A stretch of 63,718 nt of DNA, filler included, from Octopus bimaculoides (Eukaryota): assembly GCF_001194135.2 (NCBI RefSeq). It is 5 parts of 5 records of this genome, joined end to end, with 100 filler letters (N's around TTAATTAATTAA, not from the genome) between each part and the next. Parts side by side here need not be neighbours in the genome. Positions count along the whole stretch, not along the records: positions 1 to 26,081 come from NC_068985.1; positions 26,182 to 40,812 come from NC_068987.1; 3 more parts are not named here. The stretch is one strand, 5' to 3'. Positions 25,317 through 39,314 of this stretch are shown piece by piece. The first letter of the stretch is position 1. Each line of letters opens with the position of its first letter. The position numbers were made by a program, and so were the translations under genes. The notes under the pieces were generated by a model. The model made no database searches. It was not told where the DNA came from and saw only the letters and a list, made by a program, of their open reading frames with translations.

Positions 25317-26081
25317 CAAAATTACATCGAGTATGAGGGGAAATTCAGGAGTGAAGTGGAGCGACGTAGTTCTAGGTTCTGAATATAATGTTATCATCTT
25401 CGAAGTAGCCTGATGCTAAAAACTCGAGTTGTACCGGGCGGCAGGGTCGAACCCAGCAGCACACTTCTTATATCTGGAACCAGACCAGCTTGCTCACAAT
25501 CAAAAATGTGTGTGTGTGTGTGCATTTGTTTGTGTTTATATATGTATATAAATACATGTATACTCATACACCTATTATATATAGGCATGCTTATGTATTT
25601 ATATAAATGTATGCACATGTATATTTATATATGTATGTGTGTGTGGGTATGCGTATATCTATACTGTAATATATATATATATGTATATATATATTTGTGT
25701 ATGTGTGTGTGTGCATACAATAAACGGACACGAACATACAACACGCACGTACATATGCATCTTTATATAAATATACGTATAGCTATTTAGGTAGTTAATA
25801 TACTAGGATAACTATAGATAACTGCTAGTTCTATAGCAAAGCGCATTTCTAACAAAGAGCCTGGTTCCTTCCTAACGGTAGAAACACGTTGTGAGCGCTA
25901 GCTTTATGTGCTTCACACAACTAAATTTAGACATCAATGAAAGATTGAGAAATAAAATTGAAAAGATGGATAATAGGCGGTTTGATGTGTGTGTAAGTCG
26001 CTATCCCAAATTGTGAATAATGAGATTTTTGCTTTATACCTATGCATGCTTATGTATATATGTATATATATATATATATAT

Positions 26082-26181
26082 NNNNNNNNNNNNNNNNNNN
26101 NNNNNNNNNNNNNNNNNNNNNNNNNTTAATTAATTAANNNNNNNNNNNNNNNNNNNNNNNNNNNNNNNNNNNNNNNNNNNN
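26082..26181. other. Scaffolding linker gap N44-TTAATTAATTAA-N44
   Basis: An identical 100-bp construct occurs four times and places stop codons in all six frames. Confidence 0.9.
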
Positions 26182-26498
26182 TATGTTTTTACTTCTTTTT
26201 TTTATTAAAGCATTTAACTGTTTATTCAACAGTTTTCTTTTCCTTACTCAAAGGTACTCATTGTTCCATCGTTTTAAGCAAGACGACACCAATAGATACC
26301 GTTGTATGGGTTGTGGTGGTGGTGGTGGTGGTGGTGGTGGTAGCTTGGGCGGTAGTTCTTCTTCCCTTCTTCTCACTTTCACTATTTGTCTCCCTTCCTA
26401 CACGAATTTCCCTTCTATTTTCCTTCTTTTTTCTGCCTTCTCCCTCTTTTTTTACTCCCCTTTTTATCTATCTATCTATCTATCACTATATCTATCTA

Positions 26499-27055
26499 CG
26501 AGGGTGAGTCAAAAAGTGATGCCATTTTGTTTAGGACAGATACAATTACCAACACAGAAACATGTATCATACATCAAAATGAAGCTGGTCCTCTGTGGAT
26601 CACATCCCTACTTCTCAACATAGTCACCGTTTCTCTCAATAGCAATGTTCCATCTTCGAATGAGAGCATGTATCCTTGTCCCGTAAAATTATGTTGACTG
26701 TTCTTTGAGCTAATTCTTTACTACCTCCATAACTCACCAGATTTAGCGCCTTCAGACTATCATCTCTTCGGCACCACGAAAGAGGGTTTGAGAGGCAAAC
26801 ATTATTCCAGTGATGAGGAAGTGAAAACTGTAGTGAAGAAGTGGCTCAAAGAACAGTCAACAGAATTTTACGGGGCAGGGATACATGCTCTCATTCGAAG
26901 GTGGAACATTGCTATTGAGAGAAACGGTGACTATGTTGAGAAGTAGGGATGTGATCCACAGAGGACCAGCTTCATTTTGGTGCATGATACATGTTCCTGT
27001 GTTGGTAATTATACCTGTCCTAAACAAAACGGCATCGCTTTTTGACTCATCCTCG
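26499..27055 (+). mobile_element. Mariner foldback derivative (557 bp)
   Basis: TA-flanked TIR CGAGGGTGAGTCAAAAAG. 26499-26724 is the inverted copy of 26830-27055. Encodes NSPDLAPSDYHLFG..IRRWNIAIERNGDYVEK*. Confidence 0.9.
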
Positions 27056-28844
27056 TATCTATCTATCTCTGTGTGTGTATATGCATATATGTGTGTATAT
27101 ATATATATATAATTTATATATNNNNNNNNNNNNNNNNNNNNNNNNNNNNNNNNNNNNNNNNNNNNNNNNNNNNNNNNNNNNNNNNNNNNNNNNNNNNNNN
27201 NNNNNNNNNNNNNNNNNNNNNNNNNNNNNNNNNNNNNNNNNNNNNNNNNNNNNNNNNNNNNNNNNNNNNNNNNNNNNNNNNNNNNNNNNNNNNNNNNNNN
27301 NNNNNNNNNNNNNNNNNNNNNNNNNNNNNNNNNNNNNNNNNNNNNNNNNNNNNNNNNNNNNNNNNNNNNNNNNNNNNNNNNNNNNNNNNNNNNNNNNNNN
27401 NNNNNNNNNNNNNNNNNNNNNNNNNNNNNNNNNNNNNNNNNNNNNNNNNNNNNNNNNNNNNNNNNNNNNNNNNNNNNNNNNNNNNNNNNNNNNNNNNNNN
27501 NNNNNNNNNNNNNNNNNNNNNNNNNNNNNNNNNNNNNNNNNNNNNNNNNNNNNNNNNNNNNNNNNNNNNNNNNNNNNNNNNNNNNNNNNNNNNNNNNNNN
27601 NNNNNNNNNNNNNNNNNNNNNNNNNNNNNNNNNNNNNNNNNNNNNNNNNNNNNNNNNNNNNNNNNNNNNNNNNNNNNNNNNNNNNNNNNNNNNNNNNNNN
27701 NNNNNNNNNNNNNNNNNNNNNNNNNNNNNNNNNNNNNNNNNNNNNNNNNNNNNNNNNNNNNNNNNNNNNNNNNNNNNNNNNNNNNNNNNNNNNNNNNNNN
27801 NNNNNNNNNNNNNNNNNNNNNNNNNNNNNNNNNNNNNNNNNNNNNNNNNNNNNNNNNNNNNNNATATATATATAAATTACATGGAAAAATGTGAGCAAGA
27901 GAAATAATATTCTTAAGATGATAAACCTGGAAAAGTTCAGGACAAGTTATTAGATCTGGTAAAGTACAGAACAAGAAAATTTGTATGTATGTATTTGTGT
28001 GTGTGTGTGTGTGTAACATGGCCGAATCTGCATAGACATTCATTTCTTTACTCCGATGGTTTCAGATGATGAGCCATTGTGCCTGAAATATACTACATAA
28101 AGGTTATTAAACTTACCCTTTTCGCATGTACACACACACACACACACACATATACATATATATACCATGCGTGTGTCTGAATGTGTATATGTATTTGTTT
28201 CTGTCTGTGTGCTTCTCTGTTTGCGTATGAGTGTATAAAAATAAATATGCACGCGTAGGTGTGTATCAGCAGAATCAAGAACAGTAAGCTCCGAATAAGT
28301 AATTCTATACCGAATAGCATTAGATTACTACGTGATTAAAGGTCAAAATCTACCGTGGATCGAACGTAAGTAAACACAGTACACCTTGTTGAATGGTATG
28401 CATGAGTGTTTGTGTTAGTGCTTATGTATGCATAGATATATAGTGAGAGAGAGAGAGAATGCTAGCAGAGGCCGGTAGTGGGGGTCATCTGTTATTTTTG
28501 GTAACTCAATGAGGACAAGATATATATAACGAAATTTATACGATGTTGTTTACGATTTATATATTTCTCTGGGTTACGTGGGATAAAGAAAGGTGACTTC
28601 TAAGCACAAACAGAAAGGGATAAATTATAATAAACACCACTAAAAGTTCAAGGAACTAAAGAAAGGATATCTTATGCTAGGTTTTTTGGTAACTTAGGTT
28701 GTACTGTTTTCTGTTCTGTCCGCGTATTAGGAAACCGCGTAAAAATAACCACATAACACCTAACATTATTAACACTCCACGTTTCACGCTTCTATTACTG
28801 TTTTTATTTTTGTTTTGATTATGTCGTCTCTTAATGATTTTTGT

Positions 28845-28933
28845 CGATGGAGTACCAGTTAAGCATTGCGGCCGATGTAATCGACTAGTCCGCTCCCCCG
28901 AAAATTTCAGGACTTGTGCCTTTAGTAGAAAGG

Positions 28934-28935
<2 letters not shown>
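28845..28935 (+). mobile_element. SINE family B, 3' fragment ending in (ATT)n
   Basis: GTACCAGTT..GATGTAATCGACT..TTTCAGGACTTGTGCC..AGAAAGGATTATT. Confidence 0.7.
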
Positions 28936-29008
<73 letters not shown>

Positions 29009-29467
29009 GCCTTTGCACAGCTTCTAACGCTGGAGATGTACTACGGTGTCAGCTGTTCGCTACCAGGGAACTAAGGTAACACCTCTTATTTTCGAGCACC
29101 TTCCGGAGTATTCGAGCGGTTACAAGCAGTGCAGTTTTCTTCAAGTACTCCACCCTTATTGCAGCCCTTGTTTGTTCCACGTACTTCTCAAGATTTTTAC
29201 TCACTGTTCCCAGGGCTCCAACAATTATTGGTACTACTGCTACCTTTTTCATCGACCACAACTGCTTAACTTCCCAAGCTAACCTGTCATATCTATCGAC
29301 TTTTCTTTCTTCCTTGTCGCGTACCTTGTATTCAGCTGGGCATACTATATCTATGATCCAGCATCATTTGCTTTCTTTCTCAATTAAGAGAATGTCTGGC
29401 TTCCTATTCTCTATCTCATGGTGGCACTGAATCATAAAATCTCCTATTCCGTATCTCATGGTCGCAC

Positions 29468-29468
<1 letters not shown>
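29009..29468 (-). mobile_element. RLE LINE (R4/Dong-like) 3' fragment between (ATT)n tracts
   Basis: HEIENRKPDILLIEK..RKVDRYDRLAWEVKQLWSMKKVAVVPIIVGALG..ARILRKVLE. Confidence 0.9.
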
Positions 29469-29510
<42 letters not shown>

Positions 29511-29958
29511 CAATTTTTTCATTATTTTATTCTATTTCATTTCATTTCATTTTCAGGTNNNNNNNNNNNNNNNNNNNNNNNNNNNNNNNNNNNNNNNNNN
29601 NNNNNNNNNNNNNNNNNNNNNNNNNNNNNNNNNNNNNNNNNNNNNNNNNNNNNNNNNNNNNNNNNNNNNNNNNNNNNNCGGTTAACTTTCCGTTTGAACA
29701 ATTTTATTGTATGCATGCAATTAGAATAGCTGGCAATTGTTGCAGAATCATTGACATATATATATATACACCACATATATAAAAGTACACGCACATGTAT
29801 ATATATAAACACACACACACGCACTCACACACATAGTCAAACATTCTCCATACCCGGAAAAAGACTAATAAATAATTTTTATTTTTTGCATTATCATAAG
29901 GTTAAAACGGTTCAAAAGAATGTTATTTTCGTTATTGTTGTCATTCTAAGATGCCCCA

Positions 29959-30008
<50 letters not shown>

Positions 30009-30217
30009 ACATACACACGCACACGCACACATTCATACACGCACATACTCATGCAGTGCGCATTCACGCATACGCACTTAGCTTAAAAGGAGAGAGAGAG
30101 TGTGTGTGTGTGTGTGTGTGTTATAAGTCTTTTTGAAGCTGTCTTTGACAACAAAAATGAGATAATTGTATGGAGTTAACGCCATTTGTGTCCATTGACA
30201 TATATATATATATATAT

Positions 30218-30385
30218 CTTTTATTTCTTTTTTCTTTTACTTGTTTCAGTCATTTTGAGCAAATCGAACCCAGGACTTATAAGCCTAGTACTTATTCTAT
30301 CGGTCTCTTTTGCCGAACCGCCAAGTTACGGGGACGTAAACACACCCGCATCAGTTGACAAGCGATGTTGGGACACACACACAAA
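30218..30385 (-). mobile_element. SINE family A, 3' half
   Basis: Matches 5120-5310. Confidence 0.8.
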
Positions 30386-31267
30386 CTCACACTCACACAC
30401 ACTCACACACACACAAATATATATATATTTTGATAATGCTATTTTTAATCTAATAAAGACTTTTGTATTGACGAAATGAGTTTGTTGTTGATTATAGTAA
30501 GATAAAATCATGACAATAACAATGCATCTCGGAGTTGCAAAATAAGATATTTTGAAACTACAAAAACGTCAACAAAAAAAAAAAAGCTAGCTGCGGACCT
30601 GTAGCTCTGTATGTTTATTGGTTACTCCGACGAAATTTTGTCAAAAATGTTCAAAGTAAACAGTGTTCTGCGTGAGATATTCCACCAGTATACGAAGTTT
30701 CAAACTGTTTGGTTAAAAATATATAATTAAAAAATTTGTGAGCCAAATTGAACAGATTCCTTCTTTCTATCTCTTATCCACGTATTCTATAATAACTTAA
30801 TATGACCGAACTTTTAGTAATCCACATTTTTTATATTCTTCGCCGATCATTTTTGATGTTATCTACCCCTGTCATTGAATTTTGTGAACTTTTAATCATT
30901 TAAAGATGTTTTCTAGTTCGCAGTTTTAAATTCTGTTAAAACCCCATAATTTTATATACGTTTATACCATTGATAAAGAAAAAAATTGTTGAAACTAGTT
31001 TGGTATGTATGTAAATAAATTTATTTAAAAACAACTACAAGTTTTTCTAAATCAGGTGCATTTTCAAAAACAAAATCTATATTCTACACCCCTTCTTTCC
31101 AGGTGTGTGTGTGTGTGTGTGTAGCAAATGGCTAATGTCAGTTGGGTGTGAAGTTGGGGTATTTCCAGAGAAGCAATCAACCCGGATGCTGGGCTATCAA
31201 CACTGTTGGGATCCAAGCCAAAGCCGGAATACTTCTGCTGTAGAAAATCCAAACACACATACATACA

Positions 31268-31299
<32 letters not shown>

Positions 31300-31359
31300 G
31301 GGGNNNNNNNNNNNNNNNNNNNNNNNNNNNNNNNNGGGGGGGGGGATATGTGTGTGTAG

Positions 31360-31572
31360 CTCTGTGCTTATGTCTGTTTCCGCACCCCGCTTGACAGCTG
31401 GTGTTGGTTCGTTTACGTACCTGTAACTTGACGGTTCGGCAAAAAAAAAAAGTCCGGGTAAAATAAGCAACAGCCTTAAAAAATAACTACCGGGGTCGAT
31501 TTGTTCGACTAAATCCTTCAAAGCAGTGCTCCAGCATGGCCGCAGTCCAAATGACTGAAACGAGTAAAACAC
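31360..31572 (+). mobile_element. SINE family A, 3' half
   Basis: GTGCTCCAGCATGGCCGCAGTCCAAATGACTGAAAC. Confidence 0.8.
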
Positions 31573-32390
31573 GAAGGAACATTAGTGACATATCATTTGC
31601 TAAGATAGTCCTTATCACCGTAAGAAGCATTCCGCCAAACACTCTCTTACGTTTGACATAGTTTTATATAATATTCTAACAGCACAGTGGTTGTCTACAA
31701 TAACACTTGATGTCTTCGATATCACAAATCTGAATCTGTAAAAGATTTTCAGCAACGGTGCAAAACAAATACTATAGAACGCTCTACAAATGCCGAGGGC
31801 TAATTGACACAGTACCTTCATCCTGCTCTGACAAGGTAGAGGTGTTCTCTCGCAACTGGAGATGACTTAGAATAACATCGATGATTTAGACCGATAGCTG
31901 TAGGAAAAAAAAAGAGCGAAAAACGTATTACATCATGCAAAAAGTGAAAACAAACGCTAATCCACAGAAAATGATTACAGAATATTAATGTCAACAGACA
32001 CACCGTGTAGTATAAACCCACTAAAATAATACACACGCATATCAGACATCACTAAGATAACATTGTGAACTGGATGATAAAAAGCAAGGAATAATAATAA
32101 TAATATTTTCTGCTGGAAGTACAAGGTTTCATATTTGGGGGAAGGGATTAAGTCGATTACATCGACCCCAGTGCGTAACTGGTACTAATTTTATCGTAAT
32201 TACAAATCAACACTAATGTCTTCCGACTAAGAACTTCTACACCAGCCTTTCTCAACCAAGGTTCCCCGGGACCCTAGGGTTCCGTGTGAAAGAGTGAGAT
32301 AAGGTAATGCTAATTTCATGATCGCAATATTACTATACATGCACAACATATTATTGGTTATTGTAATATAGATATCATCCTATTTAACCT

Positions 32391-32451
<61 letters not shown>

Positions 32452-32452
<1 letters not shown>

Positions 32453-32736
32453 GATCCTGTGGGATTTTATGAATCAGTGCGACCATGAGATAGAGAATAG
32501 GAAGCCAGACATTCTCTTAATTGAGAAAGAAAGCAAACTATGTTGGATCATAAATATAGCATGCTCAGCTGAATACAAGGTATGTGATAAGGAAGAAAGG
32601 AAAGTTGATAGATATGACAGGTTAGCTTCGGAGGTAAAGCAGTTGTGGTTGATGAAAAAGGTGGTAGTAGTACCAATAATTGTCGGAACCCTGGGAACAG
32701 TGAGTAAAAATCTTGAGAAGTACGTGGAACAAATAG
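32452..32736 (+). mobile_element. RLE LINE (R4/Dong-like) fragment after (AAT)n
   Basis: DHEIENRKPDILLIEKESKLCWIINIAC..PIIVGTLG. Same family as 24585 and 29009; ends at an N gap. Confidence 0.9.
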
Positions 32737-33130
32737 NNNNNNNNNNNNNNNNNNNNNNNNNNNNNNNNNNNNNNNNNNNNNNNNNNNNNNNNNNNNNNNN
32801 NNNNNNNNNNNNNNNNNNNNNNNNNNNNNNNNNNNNNNNNNNNNNNNNNNNNNNNNNNNNNNNNNNNNNNNNNNNNNNNNNNNNNNNNNNNNNNNNNNNN
32901 NNNNNNNNNNNNNNNNNNNNNNNNNNNNNNNNNNNNNNNNNNNNNNNNNNNNNNNNNNNNNNNNNNNNNNNNNNNNNNNNNNNNNNNNNNNNNNNNNNNN
33001 NNNNNNNNNNNNNNNNNNNNNNNNNNNNNNNNNNNNNNNNNNNNNNNNNNNNNNNNNNNNNNNNNNNNNNNNNNNNNNNNNNNNNNNNNNNNNNNNNNNN
33101 NNNNNNNNNNNNNNNNNNNNNNNNNNNNNN

Positions 33131-33430
33131 NAATGTGGAATCTAAAAACAGAAACAATTCCTATCATAGTAGGTGCCTTAGGTATAATAAAAAAATATTC
33201 AGACAAATACATAACAAAAACACCAGGACTTACAAATATATATAACATACAGAAAATTGCACTACTGGGTACTGCACACATTCTACGCAAAACACTTTCA
33301 ATACAGTAAACATAAGAGCACCACAGCAAACCACAGCACATACCCAAGGCGCACAGAGCTGCGCTCGGTAGTGAAGTGAAAGCACGTTATAAAAATAAAA
33401 CTACTGAATAATAATAATAATAATAATAAA
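33131..33430 (+). mobile_element. RLE LINE 3' end (second subfamily) with (AAT)n tail
   Basis: MWNLKTETIPIIVGALGIIKKYSDKY..IQKIALLGTAHILRKTLSIQ*. Confidence 0.85.
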
Positions 33431-33877
33431 TCGATAATAAATGGAAAAAAATATGCAAATAAATACTTTCTCACTCGATATAAAGCCATTTTGGATAGTT
33501 GGTGGGATGTTAGGATCTTTCACATCTTCTATTGAACGTTCGCCAATAACAAAATGGCGAGCGAATGGGTGACATGTTTTAAGGGACGGGAAGAAAAGTT
33601 ATGTCTGCTGGTAATTTAAATAAGGTTAAAGAAGGAATTTCCCTTAATTCCTTAACAAAAGAATGTAAACAGAGCCGTATACCGACGCGCCGCGAAAATA
33701 CACTTTCTTCTTTTGACAAAGATCAAAGATGTTTAATAATTCGAGCAGTGACCTGAATCAGATTAGTTTCTTTTCGGTCTTTAAACTTTGACCACAATCT
33801 TGTTTTTATAAGTTCCCAAAGAGAAGCACTCAACGTTGAAATGTCTTAATAAACCATGAATGCATGTATATTTATTT

Positions 33878-33909
<32 letters not shown>

Positions 33910-34061
33910 TAAATAAGCACACACAGACAAACACGCGCGCACAGAGGTATGCACCGCCATTAGTACATACATACATACATATATACATACATACACGCAT
34001 ACACATATATATTGATACATATATACATATATGCGTATGTGTGTGTGTGTATGTATCAATA

Positions 34062-34105
<44 letters not shown>

Positions 34106-34266
34106 CATACAAAAACCATACACACACAGATATACACTCAGTGTGAATTTTGTGTCTGTGTATGTGTGTTTGCGTATGTGTGTGTATGTGTGTGTGTGTG
34201 CGTGTACCGTATTTGTATTCAAACTCATACTTTAAACACGGAGAAGTAATGGGCAAATTTACATAA

Positions 34267-34319
<53 letters not shown>

Positions 34320-34477
34320 CACACTCTCTTCTCAAATATACATAGACTAACACTCTATCGTACAGATACACATTCTTATACACACATCGACAAAAACACT
34401 CCATCTTTACGTTTCTCTCTTTCTCTCCCTCCAACCGTCTCTTTCCTTCCTTCCTTCCTTCCTTTCTTCCTTCTCTT

Positions 34478-34523
<46 letters not shown>

Positions 34524-34592
34524 GATCTATCTATCTACCTATATCGTTTCTGTCTCTATTTTTCACATTATTCACACATTGTCGAGTTTTAC

Positions 34593-34641
<49 letters not shown>

Positions 34642-36717
34642 CGTACAGAGTAACATAATCACTCATAAACGTCTATATAATATCCGAAACACGTACATGC
34701 AGACATAAGAGAAGATAGTTTTGGACGTGTATAATGTACAAATAAATGAATATTTGAGCGATGATTTGATTGGAATTTAGTTGTATCACATTAATGGACC
34801 ATTTTTGTTGAAAAGCAAACAAAACCTTGTTAACTTAACACAGAAAAAACTTTGCAAACGCGAAGCTTCTTGCAACACAAACACACTATGTCAGTATTCG
34901 TGTAATGGCTGGTGGCGTTCTGGAAATTTCAGCTTGTTTACCTTTCATTATTTTTCAAACAATTTACTAATGTTTCTAATTATTATAAAATTGTGTGCAT
35001 GTCTGTCTGTGTGTATGTTTGTATGCTTTCCCTATTTCTTTTCTTTCCTTTATTTATTTATTTTTTCAAATTTATTTGTAATCTTAGAAAGAGGAAACTG
35101 GTTTCCAACAAGTAAACAAAAGTGCTATCTTTGGAATTTGGATAACGACAACGATAATTGTTACCTATCAAACATTAGGAAAGTCTTACATATTTTTGCT
35201 ATTCCACCTACAAATTGTATCTGCGAAGTTCCTGTTATCTGGCCTCTTTCTTTGCATGAAAATCCCAGCTTCTTTAGAGTGTTGCTTAGACATTTACTAA
35301 CATAGCCAAGTGCACCAATGATTACTGATATGAATTAAAATGTTTGATCTAGGTAGAGAAGCTGCAGTTTTCAAAGCAGTTATCCATAGGTATTCTCCTT
35401 CTCACTGATTTTGTGTGCATGTATGTATGTTTTTTTTTTTAGCAATGGATAACTTTTTCTTGTGACAGAAAAGAAACCTAAAATCTAGCGGCAATTATTA
35501 AGAAACTCAGCAAAGAAAGAGAGAAATAATTTCAAGCATTTAAAAATAAATTCTTGAATGAAATAACATGCTTAGGAAAATAAGAGTGTGATCTTTGGAG
35601 GCAAGCGATAACTATGGACACAGTGTTTTGGTCCCTATTTTACCTCATTAGCATAGTATAAACCTAACTCGCTCCCTAGCATAACTTTAGACAGTTTTGC
35701 TTTGACAAAGAAGGTTTAGCGCATTTTTGGCCAACGATATTTTGAATTTATTGCATGAAAAGTTTATAGAATGCAATTAACTGCATATCATATAGGCACC
35801 TGGTGCACAAAAGCACACATATATGAGAGGATCTAAAAAGGCTAAAAGCGCAGTATTCGGTGTTCGAATACGTTAAATTTAGCTATAAAGATTACCTTTT
35901 GGTATTAATACTGCTCCTGTCATAAATAACTGAAATGATTTAAGTTTTAATTATACAAATCACCCTTGTTCAAAAATGTATGAAAGCATTAATAGCAACT
36001 TGTAAAACCTTATACTAGAGTTCTAATCTCAGAGTTTGTATCGAGGGAACAATTGATGAAGGCCAGAAGAGGGCGCATGCGTGTGGGTGAGTGTGTGCAT
36101 ATATGAAGGTTTGGATGCATGCGAAATGTGTTAGGGTTTGTAGGTGAGGTTCATTTTGTTAATTAGGCTAAAGGAATTTAGGGAGTAATAAAAATTTACT
36201 ATAATTTCCTCTACAAGTGACGTCAATAAACGACATCTGGATACGTAATCTAATTTTAGATTAAATCTCAGGGATTATCCTTCAGATAGGGATGGACAAT
36301 AGGCAAAAGCCGGAGGCGGTGAATACGCTTGGGTGAATACTTGTGTACGTGCCTGTTAGAAGGGGTATGTGGAATGTAGTGGGATTAGTAGGGGTGGCTA
36401 TTTGAGGGGTAAAAGGGATTTTAGGGAATAATTGAATCTAATATACTGTGCCTGAAGGTGGGGAAAGTAGGGGTCATATGAAAATATGGTGACAGGACGG
36501 AGGAAAATTTGAACGGGTGTGGAGAATTGTGTTTGTTTGTGTAAAGGACGGCAGCTTCGTGATACGTTTGTTGGTGTATGATGTATGTATCTATGACTGA
36601 TTATGTACATGTATACCGGCTGATGTGTATCTACGTTGATTTGAGTATATGTATAAGAAATACGTGGATACTTAGCAGGTGTATATGTATGCATACCGAA
36701 AAATATACACATCAACC

Positions 36718-36752
<35 letters not shown>

Positions 36753-36917
36753 ATGTATGTATGTATATGTATGTATATATATATACATCTATACATACAG
36801 TTAAAAGAAGAAAAGTAAATGGAGATCAGGAAATTATATATATATATATATATATAAATATATATATACACATACATACATACACACACACACACACGTA
36901 CACATGCATATAAAGAT

Positions 36918-37178
36918 GATGCTTAGTGGTTAAGGAGCTGCATTCACGATTTCGAGATCGTGGTTTCAATTCCTAGACCGGCTGGTTCGTTGTGTTCTTG
37001 AGCAAAACACTTCATCTCACGTTGTTCTGCGATCGCTTTGACATCGGACGTGTGGTACACCGTGCGCATGATCAGACAATGTCGATTTGATGGAGGGGTT
37101 GAGCTAATGTACAACACAAACATTCGATCGGTATAAACAAATCAGTCGTTGCATGTCGTTCGGCAAAATCTGAACACT
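36918..37178 (+). mobile_element. tRNA-derived SINE (third family), CORE-like
   Basis: A/B-box-like TAGTGGTTAAGG and GGTTTCAATTCC, then GTGTTCTTGAGCAAAACACTT. Confidence 0.65.
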
Positions 37179-38479
37179 CATACGTCCTCTTTGATGGAGG
37201 ATTCCATCATACGTACACACACACACACACTTAGGATTTGAGTTTCCTCGGAAAGGGTGCCATTGGTTGCAACTACCTGACTTCTGTTTTTAAGGAGGTC
37301 ATGCAGCCCCTCTCCCAGTATACCAGCGATGCCAAGGTCTCGTAGCTTATGACCCATCATGCCATGATCTACCTTATCAAATGCCTTTGATATATATAAT
37401 ACATATATATATATACATATATATAATACATATATTGCTACAAGTACTACAACCACCACCACCACCACCACCACCACTAAAACCATCACGATTAATACCT
37501 TTTGCTGGAGTTTCCACCTGGTCGCTCGGTTTAGTGTATATAGCAGTCAAATCTCCCTCAAGTTACATCCTATCTTTTTAGAAAAGAATGGACACAATGT
37601 AGTGTAGGGTACACAATACCTGAAAAAAAAAACGAGATGGCCATGGTTGGGATGCTTTTAAGGATAAGTCTGCTGCATCAGAGCTAACTTAGTGCCAACA
37701 CCACCGCCATCATGAGTATCGTGTTCTTCCATTATTTAATTATTTATCATCGCTGTCATCTTCACCCAATGCAACGTAACATTCACCGCCACCATTACCG
37801 CCATCATTAACGCCATCATCACAGCCAACGCCGGCGCCCCTTCCATTATTAGTTCCACCATCAGCTGAACCACCACCTTCACCACCACCACCACTGCTAC
37901 TATAACCATCATTATTAGCAATAATATGCCAATGGATGTCATAGTTTTCATACCATCAGTATCATCGTTCTCATCATCATCACGGTCATCATCAACATCA
38001 GCAGCAGCAACAGCAAAGCCAGCTGCAATACGAACTGAAGTAAATATATATAGATTACTACGGCCATTCGGTAAGCTGAAACGTCTTAACGTGTGTATAT
38101 CAGATGGATTTGTGCTGTTACCGCGCTATATGTACTGTAGGGGCTGTGCCAATTTCTTTGAATTACGTATCCAATGGCATCTTGAAAGATAGTGGCCTAG
38201 ATAATGTTCGGTTTTTATCTCGTTTCCTTTTTTTTATTTCTCTCTTTCTTTTTCACCTTTACTGGAGAGCAAATGGAAACTAACACACTGCGTCACGGAG
38301 ATGGATGAAGGGGAAACTTCAAGGACAAATAAAAAAAATAATAAAATTTGGTGATGGAAATAATGAATATATCTCATTTCATCTAGGTCATCATATAAGA
38401 GGCCCCTTTCGTAGGGGTTTCGATTGCGCATACTATAGGAGTCACAGGGCACTGCTCCATGTGGTCCCGCAGTTTCCAT

Positions 38480-38925
38480 CTAACTAGGAATATTAGGGTC
38501 TCATCTAGTGTCTTGCATTTAAGATCCTCTGCATGACATCCTGCTAGTTCAGAGTCAGGAATCTGATCTGTTAGGTCCTGCTGATAACTAAATCCACACC
38601 CTGCTGCCGACGCTTTGATTTGTTGTCGTTAAGGTTTTGTCTGTCTCCTACCCTTCGACTTGTCTGGCCTGGTAAGACCTGCCTGAAGATGTCTCTCCCT
38701 CCAGCATAGCTGTCCGGGTCAATGTAGCACACAGGCACTTCCCCATGATAAGGTACTTGTTGAATTGGCCATTGACTACACAGTAGTTCTTCCGCCCTTT
38801 GATGGGTCTTATTTTTCATCCCGCAGGGTGTCCAGCAATCACCCTGCTCACCAAGCAAGTTTGATGGGGTTACCAGTTTAGTCGCCGACGACCCGACCAT
38901 GCGAGAGGTTGTACTGGGTTACAGT
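38480..38925 (-). mobile_element. Probable RTE LINE 5' region
   Basis: GC-rich 5'UTR-like sequence with CCAGACAAGTCGAAGGGTAGGAGACAGAC and an HDV-ribozyme-like remnant at its start. Family assignment is from recall. Confidence 0.45.
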
Positions 38926-39314
38926 TTATATTATAAACATAAACAAATATAAAAAAGCAAAAATATTGAAAAGTTATCAAATGAGACATCTTAGGAACCC
39001 CCAGATTAAGGTTTTCATTAACTATCAAGCACTTTCTCCCATCCTTATTCTCTGACCTATATGTGAATGCCGGTAGCAGGTCCATTCCCTCGGATCATTA
39101 CTGTTGCTCTCGGCCATATTTCAGCAAATATAACGAAGCTAATACATCGCTCTCCATTCTCCTCATCCGCACCAAACAGAATTGAAAAAGTCGATGAAGA
39201 TTTGGCCGAAAAAGAAAATGTTATTTTTCAGACCTTTCCATGACCATAAGGCAGTGAAAAATTTCCCATACTTCCTGGTCAAAGAAATGCTGTGATCATC
39301 CCGATGGATAATAA

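Noticed and set aside
28055-28095. Hammerhead-like GATGATGAGCC..GAAAT
   Set aside because: No intact core or stems.
33500-33720. Promoter-like region (AAAATGGCG motif, CpG-rich)
   Set aside because: Motif only, with no linked exon.
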